A stretch of 64,000 bases of DNA. It comes from Gemmatales bacterium (GTDB lineage: Bacteria; Planctomycetota; Planctomycetia; Gemmatales; HRBIN36). The position numbers were made by a program, and so were the translations under genes. The notes under the pieces were generated by a model. That model ran no database searches. It was given only the letters and a program-made list of their open reading frames with translations, and had not been told where the DNA came from. Position 1 is the first letter of the stretch. Every line of letters begins with the position of its first letter. Shown one piece after another: positions 40,817-49,817 of this stretch. The stretch is taken from the NCBI GenBank assembly GCA_041640595.1, contig JBEPZY010000002.1, positions 564,651 through 628,650 on the forward strand, given 5' to 3'.

Positions 40817-41054
40817 GCGCTCGGCCGATCCCCGCAACCGCTTACCTACCGATGACGCACCGGCGGACAGGCCATCAAGGCGGTTCCGCCTAGTCGTCAG
40901 GGCTGTAACTGCGCTTTGCCAGCACAGCAGGCCGCACCGTTACCGCCACCGCGCCGAATTTGCCACGATCCGCGCTGCATGTTGGCTTTTTCTGATCCGT
41001 TTCGTAATGTGAAGCTGAGGCAATGTTCCGGAAAAACCAAACAAGGAGCTAGCC

Positions 41055-41729
41055 ATGTCGTGCCAACCTCGGTGGTGTGTGCGTGCGATTCGGTTCGTTG
41101 CGGTGTCAGCGATTGTCCTTTTGCCAGTAGCGCTGATGCTGCTTTTGGGCCTGGCCTGGAACCGTGCCTGCGTACAGGCTCAACCGGGCACTGGCGGAAA
41201 AGGGGATTATTATCCGCTTCGTCCCGGAGCCCGCTGGGATTACCGCGTCAAAGTCGGAGATGAAGTCCAGGGAGCCATTTCGGAGGTAGTAGCAACCATT
41301 GAAACCGTCAACAATGTTCCCCTGGTCCGGCTGGAAACGCAGGTGAAAGGCAAAACCGTTAGCTCCGAGCATTTGCGGGTTACCAAGGATGGGGTCTATC
41401 GCCACCGGATCGGCGGAATAGAAATGAAGGTTCCAGTACCGGTGCTGCGCTATCCGGTAAAAGCCGATGACTCCTGGGAACAGACAACGATGGTCGGGCA
41501 GCAGACAATCAAGGGCAAGGTTACCACGCGGTTTGAGGAGGTAGAAGTGCCGTTGGGCAAATTCAAAGCTTTCGTGACGGACATCAAAGCAGAAGCGGAG
41601 GGCAAACCTATTCACTCAACAATCTGGTTCGCAGAGGGAGTTGGCAAAATTAAACAGACGCTCGACCTTGGGGCAGTGCAAGTCACGCTCGAACTGGAAA
41701 AATTCACACCAGGCAAGGTGCAACCTTGA
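41055..41729 (+). CDS. Secreted hypothetical protein
   Basis: RBS AAGGAG; signal/TM segment; YYPL..G..W.Y, EEVEVPLGKF and WFAEGVG motifs. Confidence 0.75.
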   Translation: MSCQPRWCVRAIRFVAVSAIVLLPVALMLLLGLAWNRACVQAQPGTGGKGDYYPLRPGARWDYRVKVGDEVQGAISEVVATIETVNNVPLVRLETQVKGKTVSSEHLRVTKDGVYRHRIGGIEMKVPVPVLRYPVKADDSWEQTTMVGQQTIKGKVTTRFEEVEVPLGKFKAFVTDIKAEAEGKPIHSTIWFAEGVGKIKQTLDLGAVQVTLELEKFTPGKVQP

Positions 41730-41740
41730 GGGAGAAAACT

Positions 41741-42148
41741 ATGGCATTGCGGTTTGTCACGGCGAAAGAGATGCAGGTGGAACACCTGCCCTGGGGGCCT
41801 CACGATTGGCTCTGCCGACCGGGTCTGGTGGAGGCGGAGCAATTACTGCTGGTGCGGGTGCACATGCCGCCGGGTAAAGCGCACGCTTTCCATCGCCATC
41901 CCGAGATGGAGGAAATCATTTACATCCTCGAAGGCACCGCCGAGCAGTGGGTGGATCGGGAAAAACGCATTCTGGGTCCCGGCGAAATCGCCCACATTCC
42001 CAGGGACGTGGTGCACGGTACCTACAACATCGGCCAGCAGACGCTGCGGTTCCTGGCCATCTTATCTCCCGCCAAAATCCAGGGCCCGCCTCTGATTGAC
42101 ATGAGCCAGGAAGAACCGTGGAAATCCCTGCGTCCGTATGCGGGCTGA
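41741..42148 (+). CDS. Cupin domain protein
   Basis: HAFHRHPEMEEIIYILEG and IPRDVVHG motifs. Confidence 0.92.
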   Translation: MALRFVTAKEMQVEHLPWGPHDWLCRPGLVEAEQLLLVRVHMPPGKAHAFHRHPEMEEIIYILEGTAEQWVDREKRILGPGEIAHIPRDVVHGTYNIGQQTLRFLAILSPAKIQGPPLIDMSQEEPWKSLRPYAG

Positions 42149-42325
42149 GCTCTCGTTACTTAGAAAACCTGGCCAGCACTTGGCTGGAAACCGCGATAAT
42201 TTGCCTGCGCAGGCTTGCGACGGTAACGGTGCTGCGTCGTGCTTCCGGGATGGCGAACGTAAGAGCTTACGGCGGGCCGTTTTTTACGGCGATAGACGGT
42301 CGGGAAAGCTGGTTGTCGCCGGGGA

Positions 42326-42483
42326 GTGTGAATTTGCTTCGGCAAAAACCGGTTTGGGCGGAGATGAAAGGAGCTAAAGGAGGGGTGGGCAGCGCGAATT
42401 TGTTTTGGCTAAAGCGCCATCCGCTGGGGCTTGGAACTTCAGCCGACGTTCGGCAGGCAGCGCGAAATCGCTTCGGCAAAACC
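42326..42483. repeat. Three degenerate ~25-28 bp direct repeats, 66/68-bp period
   Basis: GTGTGAATTTGCTTCGGCAAAAACC, GCGCGAATTTGTTTTGGCTAAAGC and GCGCGAAATCGCTTCGGCAAAACC. Confidence 0.65.
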
Positions 42484-42941
42484 ACGAGCCAATGCCGACC
42501 GGCTGAGTGAACATGACACCTGCGGACGCATCGCGTTGGCGAGGATGAGCGTAACCGCAGTGGAAAAGCTGTTGTTGGCCCGGTAATGCCATTGCGTTCA
42601 TCGCGGCAAGCATTGCCCATAAGGCCGCGCGGTCGTCGAAAGCTGTTGATGGCCTGGTAATACCATTGAGTTGCTGCTGGAAGGCTCGGCTGCTGATACG
42701 GTTATCGGTCGGCTCTGGTGTGACTGAGTTATCGGTCGAAACTGCGTGACCGACACTGAAACCCCGGCTGGCATTGAAGCGGGCGAGCAGTTTCGCTAAA
42801 CACAGTTGGGCGTCGCAAACGAAGCCATCCACGGCTGGCATGGGCGGTAATTGGCAGGGAATGGGAAATGCCATCCATGGGAACATCCTCGTTTGTTCCG
42901 CCACCGAGAAAGCAAAACGAAAGCTTGCTGGGAGAAGAGTA

Positions 42942-43772
42942 ATGAATCGGACAAGCATGCGGTTGCTCGAAATGGAAATGCTGGAGTCGCGTGATTTGCC
43001 GGCGGGCACGGTAACGGTTACGCAGACCGGTACCGCGTTGAGGCTGGTGGGGGATAGCCTGGCCAATAGCGTCGTCGTTACCGCCACCGGGCCAAATTCG
43101 CTGTCGCTGCGTGCAGAAAACGGCACAACCATTGTTGGCCCAACTCGCGTCACGGCAATCAGCAGAGTGTATCTCGACCTGAGGGACGGCGACGACAATG
43201 TTGTTATCGAAAGTCGGCGGCCGTTCCAGGGTTCTATCGTCGTTTCCCTGGGCAGAGGAAATGACAAGTTGGCTATCGGCTTCGGTCGCTACCACGGCTC
43301 GGTGCTGGTGATCGATGAGCAGGGAGATAACACTATTCACCTGTTCGGCGGACAGTTTTATGGTGATGTCGTGGTGAACACTGGTTCGGGCAACGATGCC
43401 GTGCATGCTTTTGCGTCGCAATTTTACCGCCGCTGGCAACTGAACACCGACGGCGGAAATGACATCGTGACTATTGCCGGGTGTCAGGCTACCGGCCCAA
43501 TCAGCGGAGATCTCGGTGCGGGCAACGATGAACTGCACATTGGTCTTTCGAGTTTACGTTCTTCTGTGCGGTTCGACATGGGAGACGGCAACGACCGAGT
43601 GAATCTGGTTTTCACGGGGTTTGCGATGGAAGGCGAGGCAGCTCAATTTATCGGTGGGCCTGGGTTCGACATCATCGAAATGACCGGGGTCTTCGGCATG
43701 GTATCCACGCAAGGTTTCGAGCGGGAAATCGGTTCGCCTTTCCTTCCGCTTTCTGGTCCTCAGAACCCCTAA
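42942..43772 (+). CDS. Planctomycete exported protein (LExR leader) with RTX-like GxGND repeats
   Basis: RLLEMEMLESRDLPA leader; repeated LGRGND, TGSGND, LGAGND and MGDGND. Confidence 0.8.
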   Translation: MNRTSMRLLEMEMLESRDLPAGTVTVTQTGTALRLVGDSLANSVVVTATGPNSLSLRAENGTTIVGPTRVTAISRVYLDLRDGDDNVVIESRRPFQGSIVVSLGRGNDKLAIGFGRYHGSVLVIDEQGDNTIHLFGGQFYGDVVVNTGSGNDAVHAFASQFYRRWQLNTDGGNDIVTIAGCQATGPISGDLGAGNDELHIGLSSLRSSVRFDMGDGNDRVNLVFTGFAMEGEAAQFIGGPGFDIIEMTGVFGMVSTQGFEREIGSPFLPLSGPQNP

Positions 43773-43834
43773 CGTCGGACTTGCAAGGTGCAGTGCATTC
43801 GCGGGAATCGTTCCCGAAAGCCGGGAAACCTGAC

Positions 43835-44287
43835 CTATGTGCCGGTTTCGAGTTCCACCGGATGCAGACCGCTGCGGTCCACAAGAAAACGCCAGCGGTA
43901 CCGGTCGGTGCGAATCAGCAGGTAAAACGCCCCGGGGCCTTTCGGGGTAACGCGGATTTCCTGGATAGTTTGCCCGGCCAGTGTAGCCAGTGCCTGATTG
44001 GCCTGGGTAAGGGCGGACTGAAGCTGCTGGCCTTGCGGCGTGAGCTGGAACAGACGCTCGGCCTGCATTTCAACGTGAGGCCCGTAAAGTTTGCGGAGTC
44101 GGCCGCCTTCCAGAGACACACTCAGCACGTGGCCGAGCGCACGTAACATCTCCTCATCGAGTTCGCCCGTTTGCACGGCCGACTGGAGGGCGTCGCAAAT
44201 CGAACGGGCCTGCGGATCGGAGATATGCCGGGCATAGGCGGCTATTTCCTGCAGCAGCGCTTGCTGTAATTCCGGGTCGGCAGACAT
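43835..44287 (-). CDS. Hypothetical protein immediately downstream of cysH
   Basis: 150-aa ORF starting 3 nt after the cysH stop on the same strand. Confidence 0.75.
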   Translation of the reverse strand: MSADPELQQALLQEIAAYARHISDPQARSICDALQSAVQTGELDEEMLRALGHVLSVSLEGGRLRKLYGPHVEMQAERLFQLTPQGQQLQSALTQANQALATLAGQTIQEIRVTPKGPGAFYLLIRTDRYRWRFLVDRSGLHPVELETGT

Positions 44288-44290
44288 GGA

Positions 44291-45109
44291 CTAATCTCGG
44301 TTGAGATTGGCAGCTTCACCGAGGATGGCCTGGACCTCGTGCTCAAATCCGCCGGTTTCAATCGGGCAGTGCATGCCGCATTCCTTTGGAGCGTTAGTTT
44401 CCCACCACCAGCGTCCGGCACGGCTATCCTCGCCGGGCTGCACCGCGCGAGTGCAGGGAGCACAGCCGATACTTTTGTAGCCCTGCTCGTAAAGTTTGTG
44501 GATTGGAACGCCGTTGTCCCGGGCGTATTGCCAGACCTCCTCTTCCGTCCAGTCGGCGAGCGGATTGAGTTTGAGGATGCCGCCGTGGTCGTGGTCAATT
44601 TCGACCTTGCGGATGTTGGCGCGGGTGGCCCACTGATCGCGGCGCAGGCCGGTAATCCAGGCGTCCAGCTGATTCAGGGCGCGGGTCAAAGGCACCACCT
44701 TCCGCACATGGCAGCACAACAACCGCAATTCCACACTTTTGCGGAACAAGTTAACACCGTGTTTGCGAATCATCTTCTCGACGTGAGCGGCTTCGGGAAA
44801 GAGCACCTCGATGGCGATGCCGTACTTGGCACGCACTTCGTCCATGAGGTCGTAAGTTTCCTGAGGCAGTCGGCCCGTGTCCACGGTGATGACCCGTACC
44901 TGCGGATTGATCCGCCAGGCCATGTCCAAAAGCACCAGCGTATCAATCTGGAAACTGGTGACGATAGCCAGGCGGGGATGGAACCGCTCGAAGGCCCACT
45001 GGAGCAGGTCTTCAGGTGGACGGTCGTCAAAATAGACGGCCCACTCACCAGCTTCCTGGTCATCCATCAGTTCGACACGCCGAGTTTGCAGTTCGCCATT
45101 TGTGCTCAC
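44291..45109 (-). CDS. cysH: Adenylyl-sulfate/PAPS reductase, Fe-S (APS) type
   Basis: DTGRLPQETY, CC..RK, WITGLRRDQ, SIGCAPCT and ECGMH motifs. Confidence 0.95.
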   Translation of the reverse strand: MSTNGELQTRRVELMDDQEAGEWAVYFDDRPPEDLLQWAFERFHPRLAIVTSFQIDTLVLLDMAWRINPQVRVITVDTGRLPQETYDLMDEVRAKYGIAIEVLFPEAAHVEKMIRKHGVNLFRKSVELRLLCCHVRKVVPLTRALNQLDAWITGLRRDQWATRANIRKVEIDHDHGGILKLNPLADWTEEEVWQYARDNGVPIHKLYEQGYKSIGCAPCTRAVQPGEDSRAGRWWWETNAPKECGMHCPIETGGFEHEVQAILGEAANLNRD

Positions 45110-45142
45110 GTACCTTTCCCTCCGGATCTCTGCTTTATGCGA

Positions 45143-46816
45143 TCACGTGAGATTAGGTGCAGAAGGTTCGCCGCGGGCGAGTCTCTGGATTTGCTCGTCG
45201 CTGAGGCGGGTGAAAAACTGTTGCAGCGTCTCGCCGTTTTGCCGTTGCACCAGCCAGGCCCGCACCAGGCGTTCGAGGGTGAATTTCAGTTCGGTGCCGG
45301 GAACGCGGCGGAGCACGGCTTTGCCGATCGCTGCCGACTGCCCCAGTCCGCCACGAAGCAGTACATCATACGCCTCGACTTTGCCCTGGGACGTGGTCAG
45401 CGTGGTGCCCTGAATGCCGATGTCCCCGACCCAGTGCTGGCCGCAGGCGTGCGGGCAACCGTCCAAGTAAATCCGCAGGTCAGCGATGGCCGGGCCAAAC
45501 TGCTGTTCCAGATGCTCGACAATTTCGACCAGTTTTGTCTTGGTTTCGCCGACGGAAAAATTGCAATGCGGTTCGCCGGTGCAGCCGATACTGTGGCCGC
45601 GAATCGGATTGACCGCCAGCGACAGACCTGCTTGCTGCTGCAACCGAGCCAGCGTTTCGTCGGTGCGCTTTTCCGGCACGTGCACCAGGATCAGGTTCTG
45701 TTCGCGGGTAAGGCGGATTTCCGCCCCGATTTCCTCCGCAATGTCCGCTATCGCCAGCATCTGCTCAGCTCGCAAAATGCCGGGAAACACGGGCACGCCG
45801 ATATAAACCTTGCCCGGCTGTTTCTGCGGATGGACGCCGAGATGGTCGGTGCGGCCTTTGGGTTGTGGATTGACCTTCAGGTCGGTGAGTTTGCGGCCGA
45901 GATGGTTTTCGATCATCTCGCGGAGCTTTTCCGGCCCGTAGTCATCCACCATGAATTTGAAGCGGGCCTTGGCGCGGGACATGCGATATTTCAGATCGTT
46001 GCTCCAGATTTCCAGAACTGCTCGCGGTACCTCCAGCGCTTCGTCGAGCGTAACGAACACGCCGAGCGGTTTGGCAATCCGCGGCACCGTGGAAAGTCCG
46101 CCGCCGACCCAGACGGCAAATCCCGGCACGCCATCCTGAATCGTTCCCACCAGAGCCACGTCGTGAATTTCCGGGGCGTTGCAATGGTATGGGCAAGCGG
46201 AAATCGTCCACTTGTGTTTGCGGGGCAGGTTGCCGTATTGCGGATTGCCGCTGAACCGGCGGTGCGCTTCCAGCACGACCGGCGTGGCGTCGAAGAGTTC
46301 CTCGGCATCAATGCCCGCTACCGGGCAGCCGGTGATATTCCGCAGCACATCGCCGCAGCCGCCTTTGGTCGTCAGGCCAGCCGCCTCCAGACGAGGAAAA
46401 ATCTGCGGCAAGTCGGCGATGCGAATCCAGTGTAGCTGAATGTCCTGCCGCGTGGTAATTTCGCCGTAACTGCGACCGAAGTCCCGCGACAGTTCGCCGA
46501 TGGCTCGTAATTTCTGCGGCGTGAGCAACCCGTTGGGCAACTTGATCCGCATCATCATGAAACCGACTTTCGGCTTGTCGTGGTAAAGCCCCCACCACTG
46601 GAAGCGCAGCATGTCCTCTTCGGGGATTTCCTCATAGGGGGTAGCGGCGAGACGGTCGAACTCGGCGGCCAGGTCATAAGGAAACTTCTCGTGCTTGATG
46701 CGTTCGACGTAATTGCGTTTGCGCACTTCTTCCCAGGTGAGCGGACGTTCTGGTCGGGAAGTTCGTGCGGGTGTCGCACCGCCAGTCACTGGGGGAACGG
46801 CAGGTGTTTCGGACAC
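45143..46816 (-). CDS. Ferredoxin-type siroheme sulfite (or nitrite) reductase
   Basis: ITTRQDIQLH, RNITGCP, LPRKHK, CTGEPHC and GCPHACG motifs; likely GTG start at 46816 after GGAG; stop could lie slightly upstream of cysH. Confidence 0.93.
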   Translation of the reverse strand: MSETPAVPPVTGGATPARTSRPERPLTWEEVRKRNYVERIKHEKFPYDLAAEFDRLAATPYEEIPEEDMLRFQWWGLYHDKPKVGFMMMRIKLPNGLLTPQKLRAIGELSRDFGRSYGEITTRQDIQLHWIRIADLPQIFPRLEAAGLTTKGGCGDVLRNITGCPVAGIDAEELFDATPVVLEAHRRFSGNPQYGNLPRKHKWTISACPYHCNAPEIHDVALVGTIQDGVPGFAVWVGGGLSTVPRIAKPLGVFVTLDEALEVPRAVLEIWSNDLKYRMSRAKARFKFMVDDYGPEKLREMIENHLGRKLTDLKVNPQPKGRTDHLGVHPQKQPGKVYIGVPVFPGILRAEQMLAIADIAEEIGAEIRLTREQNLILVHVPEKRTDETLARLQQQAGLSLAVNPIRGHSIGCTGEPHCNFSVGETKTKLVEIVEHLEQQFGPAIADLRIYLDGCPHACGQHWVGDIGIQGTTLTTSQGKVEAYDVLLRGGLGQSAAIGKAVLRRVPGTELKFTLERLVRAWLVQRQNGETLQQFFTRLSDEQIQRLARGEPSAPNLT

Positions 46817-46921
46817 AGCGATTCTCCGTTCAGAGTCGCCGCCAATTGCCGATTGGCCAGCCACACAAGGCATTATCGTCCCGAAAACCGAAACGGCCAC
46901 AGGCGAATTTCAATCCCACGT

Positions 46922-46950
46922 ATTTTAGGTAACATAGTCGTATTGGTCAA
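46922..46950 (-). promoter_or_regulatory. Sigma70-like promoter for the sulfite reductase-cysH operon
   Basis: Minus strand TTGACC, 17 bp spacer, TAAAAT. Confidence 0.65.
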
Positions 46951-47056
46951 CAATTCCCTGTCAGCGACTGGTTCATTGCTGGCGTTAGACGGGGATTTCA
47001 TCGCTCGGGCCTGCGATCTCGCGTGTACGGGCCTTTAATTCGCGGCAAAACGGTCT

Positions 47057-47458
47057 TTATGAGCCGGACTGGCCAGACGTGGTTTCGCCGGAACCCCGAT
47101 GCAACTTCAGCCAGCGTTGCACTGCCTTCTTACTCAACTGCCGCAGCGATTCTTGCAGTTGCTGAAGGGTCAGGCCGGCAATTTTGCGGGGAAGTAAAAC
47201 GTAGTCATAACCAGTCGGAATCTCCGGCTTGCACAAACGGAAGGCTTCCCGCAGTAACCTGCGAACCCGGTTGCGAACGTGTGCTTTGCCCCATCGTCGG
47301 GCTACGGACAAACCCACGCGTGCCCAGGGTAACTGGTTCGGGGCCACCAGCACCACCAGCCATTCGTCCGCTGCTGAACAACGATTCTGAAAAATTCGAT
47401 CGAAGTCGGCATCGGACCGGAGACGTTCCCGTCGGGACAGACCGTAACGCTTGGCCAT
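47057..47458 (-). CDS. rnpA: Ribonuclease P protein component
   Basis: ERLRSDADF, RVGLSV and KAHVRNRVRRLLREAFR (RNR motif). Confidence 0.95.
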   Translation of the reverse strand: MAKRYGLSRRERLRSDADFDRIFQNRCSAADEWLVVLVAPNQLPWARVGLSVARRWGKAHVRNRVRRLLREAFRLCKPEIPTGYDYVLLPRKIAGLTLQQLQESLRQLSKKAVQRWLKLHRGSGETTSGQSGS

Positions 47459-47652
47459 GGGAGAATTCGGTTGTGGCGCGGTAATTCCAGCTGGCCCACG
47501 GTCAGGCGTGTCCGCGCTTCTGGCGATAATGGCAGGCGACGTTTAGTGGTTACGGCAGGCGAAGGTTTAGCAGGTTCGCGGTTCGGTGTGCGGCAGGGCA
47601 CTGCTTTTGGCGTGATACGCAACGCTGGAAGCCGGGCTTGCCTTCCGACGCA

Positions 47653-48576
47653 CTACAGACGCATCTCCGACCGCGGATTATAGGGGTTGCGTCGGGCAAA
47701 TTCCTCGAGCAATCGTCGGCTTTCCGGGTCGAGGTGTTTCGGCAGGACAATGCGCAGTTCGACATACAGATCGCCGCGTTGACTGCTGCCAGGAATCGGA
47801 AACCCATGCCCGCGAATGCGCAGTCGCTGCCCGGACGATACTCCAGGGGGCACGGTTACCGACAGGGTCTCATCCAGTCCAGGCACATCAATTTTGCCGC
47901 CGAAGACTGCTTCCTGCAGCGAAATCGGCACCTGCACGACCAGATCGTTGCCTTCCCGGCGGAAATACGGATGCGGACGCACGCGGATTTTCAAATACAA
48001 ATCGCCGCCTTCGATACCCTGGCCCCGTAACCGCAGCGTTTGTCCGTCGGTGGTGCCCGGTGGGATATTGACGCGAAGCACAGTCGGTCCGGTGTCGGGC
48101 CGATGAACCGACAATTCGATGGGGCCGCCGCGGGCCGCCGTCACAAAATCCACCTCGATTTCCTGATGGGTATCCTGACCGGTGGGCCAGACAGTACGCC
48201 GCCGCTGACGCCGCTGGCCAGGCATGGACCCGAAGATCATTTCGAACAGGTCCGCGGCATCCACACCCTCGCCGAAAAAGGTGGTGCCTCCCGGTCCCCA
48301 GCGAAACTCGAATCCGCCAAACGGACCGGTCTGGGCCCCCGCCTGGGCGCCGGCATGTTCAAAGACCCGACCGTAACGGTCATACTGGGCGCGTTTTTTC
48401 TCGTCGCTGAGGACCTCATAGGCCTCCTGCACCTCGCGGAATTTGGCTTCCGCTTCTTTGTCGCCGGGATTACGGTCGGGGTGATACTTCATCGCCAGCT
48501 TGCGGTAGGCGCTTTTGATTTCCTCCAGCGTGGCGTTGCGGGGCACCCCGAGAATTTCGTAATAATCGCGTGGCAT
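47653..48576 (-). CDS. DnaJ-class (CbpA-like, no Zn finger) co-chaperone
   Basis: J domain with HPD, G/F region and DnaJ C-terminal domains. Confidence 0.93.
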   Translation of the reverse strand: MPRDYYEILGVPRNATLEEIKSAYRKLAMKYHPDRNPGDKEAEAKFREVQEAYEVLSDEKKRAQYDRYGRVFEHAGAQAGAQTGPFGGFEFRWGPGGTTFFGEGVDAADLFEMIFGSMPGQRRQRRRTVWPTGQDTHQEIEVDFVTAARGGPIELSVHRPDTGPTVLRVNIPPGTTDGQTLRLRGQGIEGGDLYLKIRVRPHPYFRREGNDLVVQVPISLQEAVFGGKIDVPGLDETLSVTVPPGVSSGQRLRIRGHGFPIPGSSQRGDLYVELRIVLPKHLDPESRRLLEEFARRNPYNPRSEMRL

Positions 48577-48907
48577 GGCTCAATGAATGCCGTACAGACA
48601 CCGAAATTGGGCGAAATTGCCGTGCAGGAATTGGCCAGGTAAAGCCGCCTGGTAATTGCTAAATCGGCTGCGCACCCATTACGGCGTTACCCCGGCCGGA
48701 CCCGCACCTTCACTCGACCCGCCTGGGTTAGCCCTGCCGGTGGCGTCAATGCAACCCTGCTCGGTAGCGTAGCCGGCACAGTGTCAGCAACTGGCCGTAG
48801 GGATTTTAGCCGTCGGGCTAGAGCTAGGACAAGTAGCACGCCGTCAGATTTCGCCTGGTCTGCCACGCACACCGACCAGTGTTTGTGCCGAAAAGTGGCC
48901 GACCTGC

Positions 48908-48936
48908 TTGCAAACTCCTGCTTTGTTGTTTAGACT
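48908..48936 (+). promoter_or_regulatory. Sigma70-like promoter of putative ncRNA-1
   Basis: TTGCAA (48908-13), 17 bp spacer, TAGACT (48931-36). Confidence 0.65.
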
Positions 48937-48941
48937 GCAAT

Positions 48942-49363
48942 GGGCAGGATGACCCCGGCCTGGAATCGAAATTATCCGTGCACTGCCTCCTGGTGTGCGC
49001 GGCGCTCTTTGCGACCGGCACCGCAAATAACGGATCGCGACCCAGCAAAGTTCCGAACATCCTTGGAAACTCACGCGGCCCATCTGGAAAAACCTGCCGG
49101 GCCAGCGGTACCGGTGAGCGAAACAGCCGAGGTACCACTGAGCGAACCAGCCAACCCAGGCGTCTATCTAGCCGGTGCGAATAAAATAACGCTGCCGGCA
49201 CAGCCTGATCCGCGAAAGGCGAATCTACTCCTTCGGACATAGATCCGCCGACATACACCGTGCCGGTAAATTCTGATCGCAATCCACACGGGGTGGTGAC
49301 TGGGTCGCCCTCACGGGGAGGGTGGACCCTGCGCTGGGAGTCATCACCCCGCTTTTTCTTTTT
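48942..49363 (+). ncRNA. Putative large structured ncRNA-1 (unassigned family)
   Basis: Lies between a promoter and a terminator; 5'/3' long-range helices and many internal hairpins; no credible ORF. Confidence 0.55.
49289..49363 (+). terminator. Intrinsic terminator-like hairpin plus U tract
   Basis: CGGGGTGGTGACT (49289-301) / AGTCATCACCCCG (49339-51), inner stem, then CTTTTTCTTTTT. Confidence 0.7.
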
Positions 49364-49382
49364 GTTGCGTTACAATGGGTGC

Positions 49383-49808
49383 GGGTGCGCGAGGTCTTGA
49401 TCGAAGCCGAAACGGGCTCACCGAGATGAGCTACCCTAGTTGTAGCGGTTAGCAAGCCTCGCAAGGGTGGCACCTGTCGAACTGTTTGAAAGCGGGCCAG
49501 CCTGGTAAGTGACTGGACCGCAGCAGACTTGCGGCTCGCGTGTCACGTCGTGCTGGGGAAATTCCTCCGCCATCTCCGCTCATTGGCCTCTGCGGCGTGG
49601 GATGACAACCCACTGACAGTGGTGCATGCCCCATGCCTCGGAAAGCTGGAATTGGTCGGGATGATTGCGAACGGATCGCGGCGGACGGTGTCTCTCTTGG
49701 TGGCGGGTTTCGGTGAAGATTACTTTCGCGCCGGGCCAGTTGCAAATAAAAGAGGCGGCGGATAACTGTTTCGGTTTGGCTGAAGATTGCTTTTGCTTTC
49801 TCGCCCCC
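49383..49808 (+). ncRNA. Putative large structured ncRNA-2 (unassigned family)
   Basis: TACAAT at 49371-76; nested long-range helices (12, 9, 6 and 9 bp) whose wobbles are all + strand G-U. Confidence 0.5.
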
Positions 49809-49817
49809 AATCGCTGT

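Noticed and set aside
44339..46435. 698-aa + strand ORF
   Set aside because: Antisense shadow of cysH and the sulfite reductase with no motifs; expected in GC-rich DNA.
48640..48900. Several hairpins upstream of dnaJ
   Set aside because: Short GC-rich stems with no long-range pairing or transcription signals that I could support.
48942..49808. Identification as tmRNA, SRP RNA, 6S RNA or a group I/II intron
   Set aside because: No T-arm or CCA end with a G3-U pair, no SRP helix-8 motif, too long and branched for 6S, and no recognisable domain V or P7 core despite a GTGCG near 49385.
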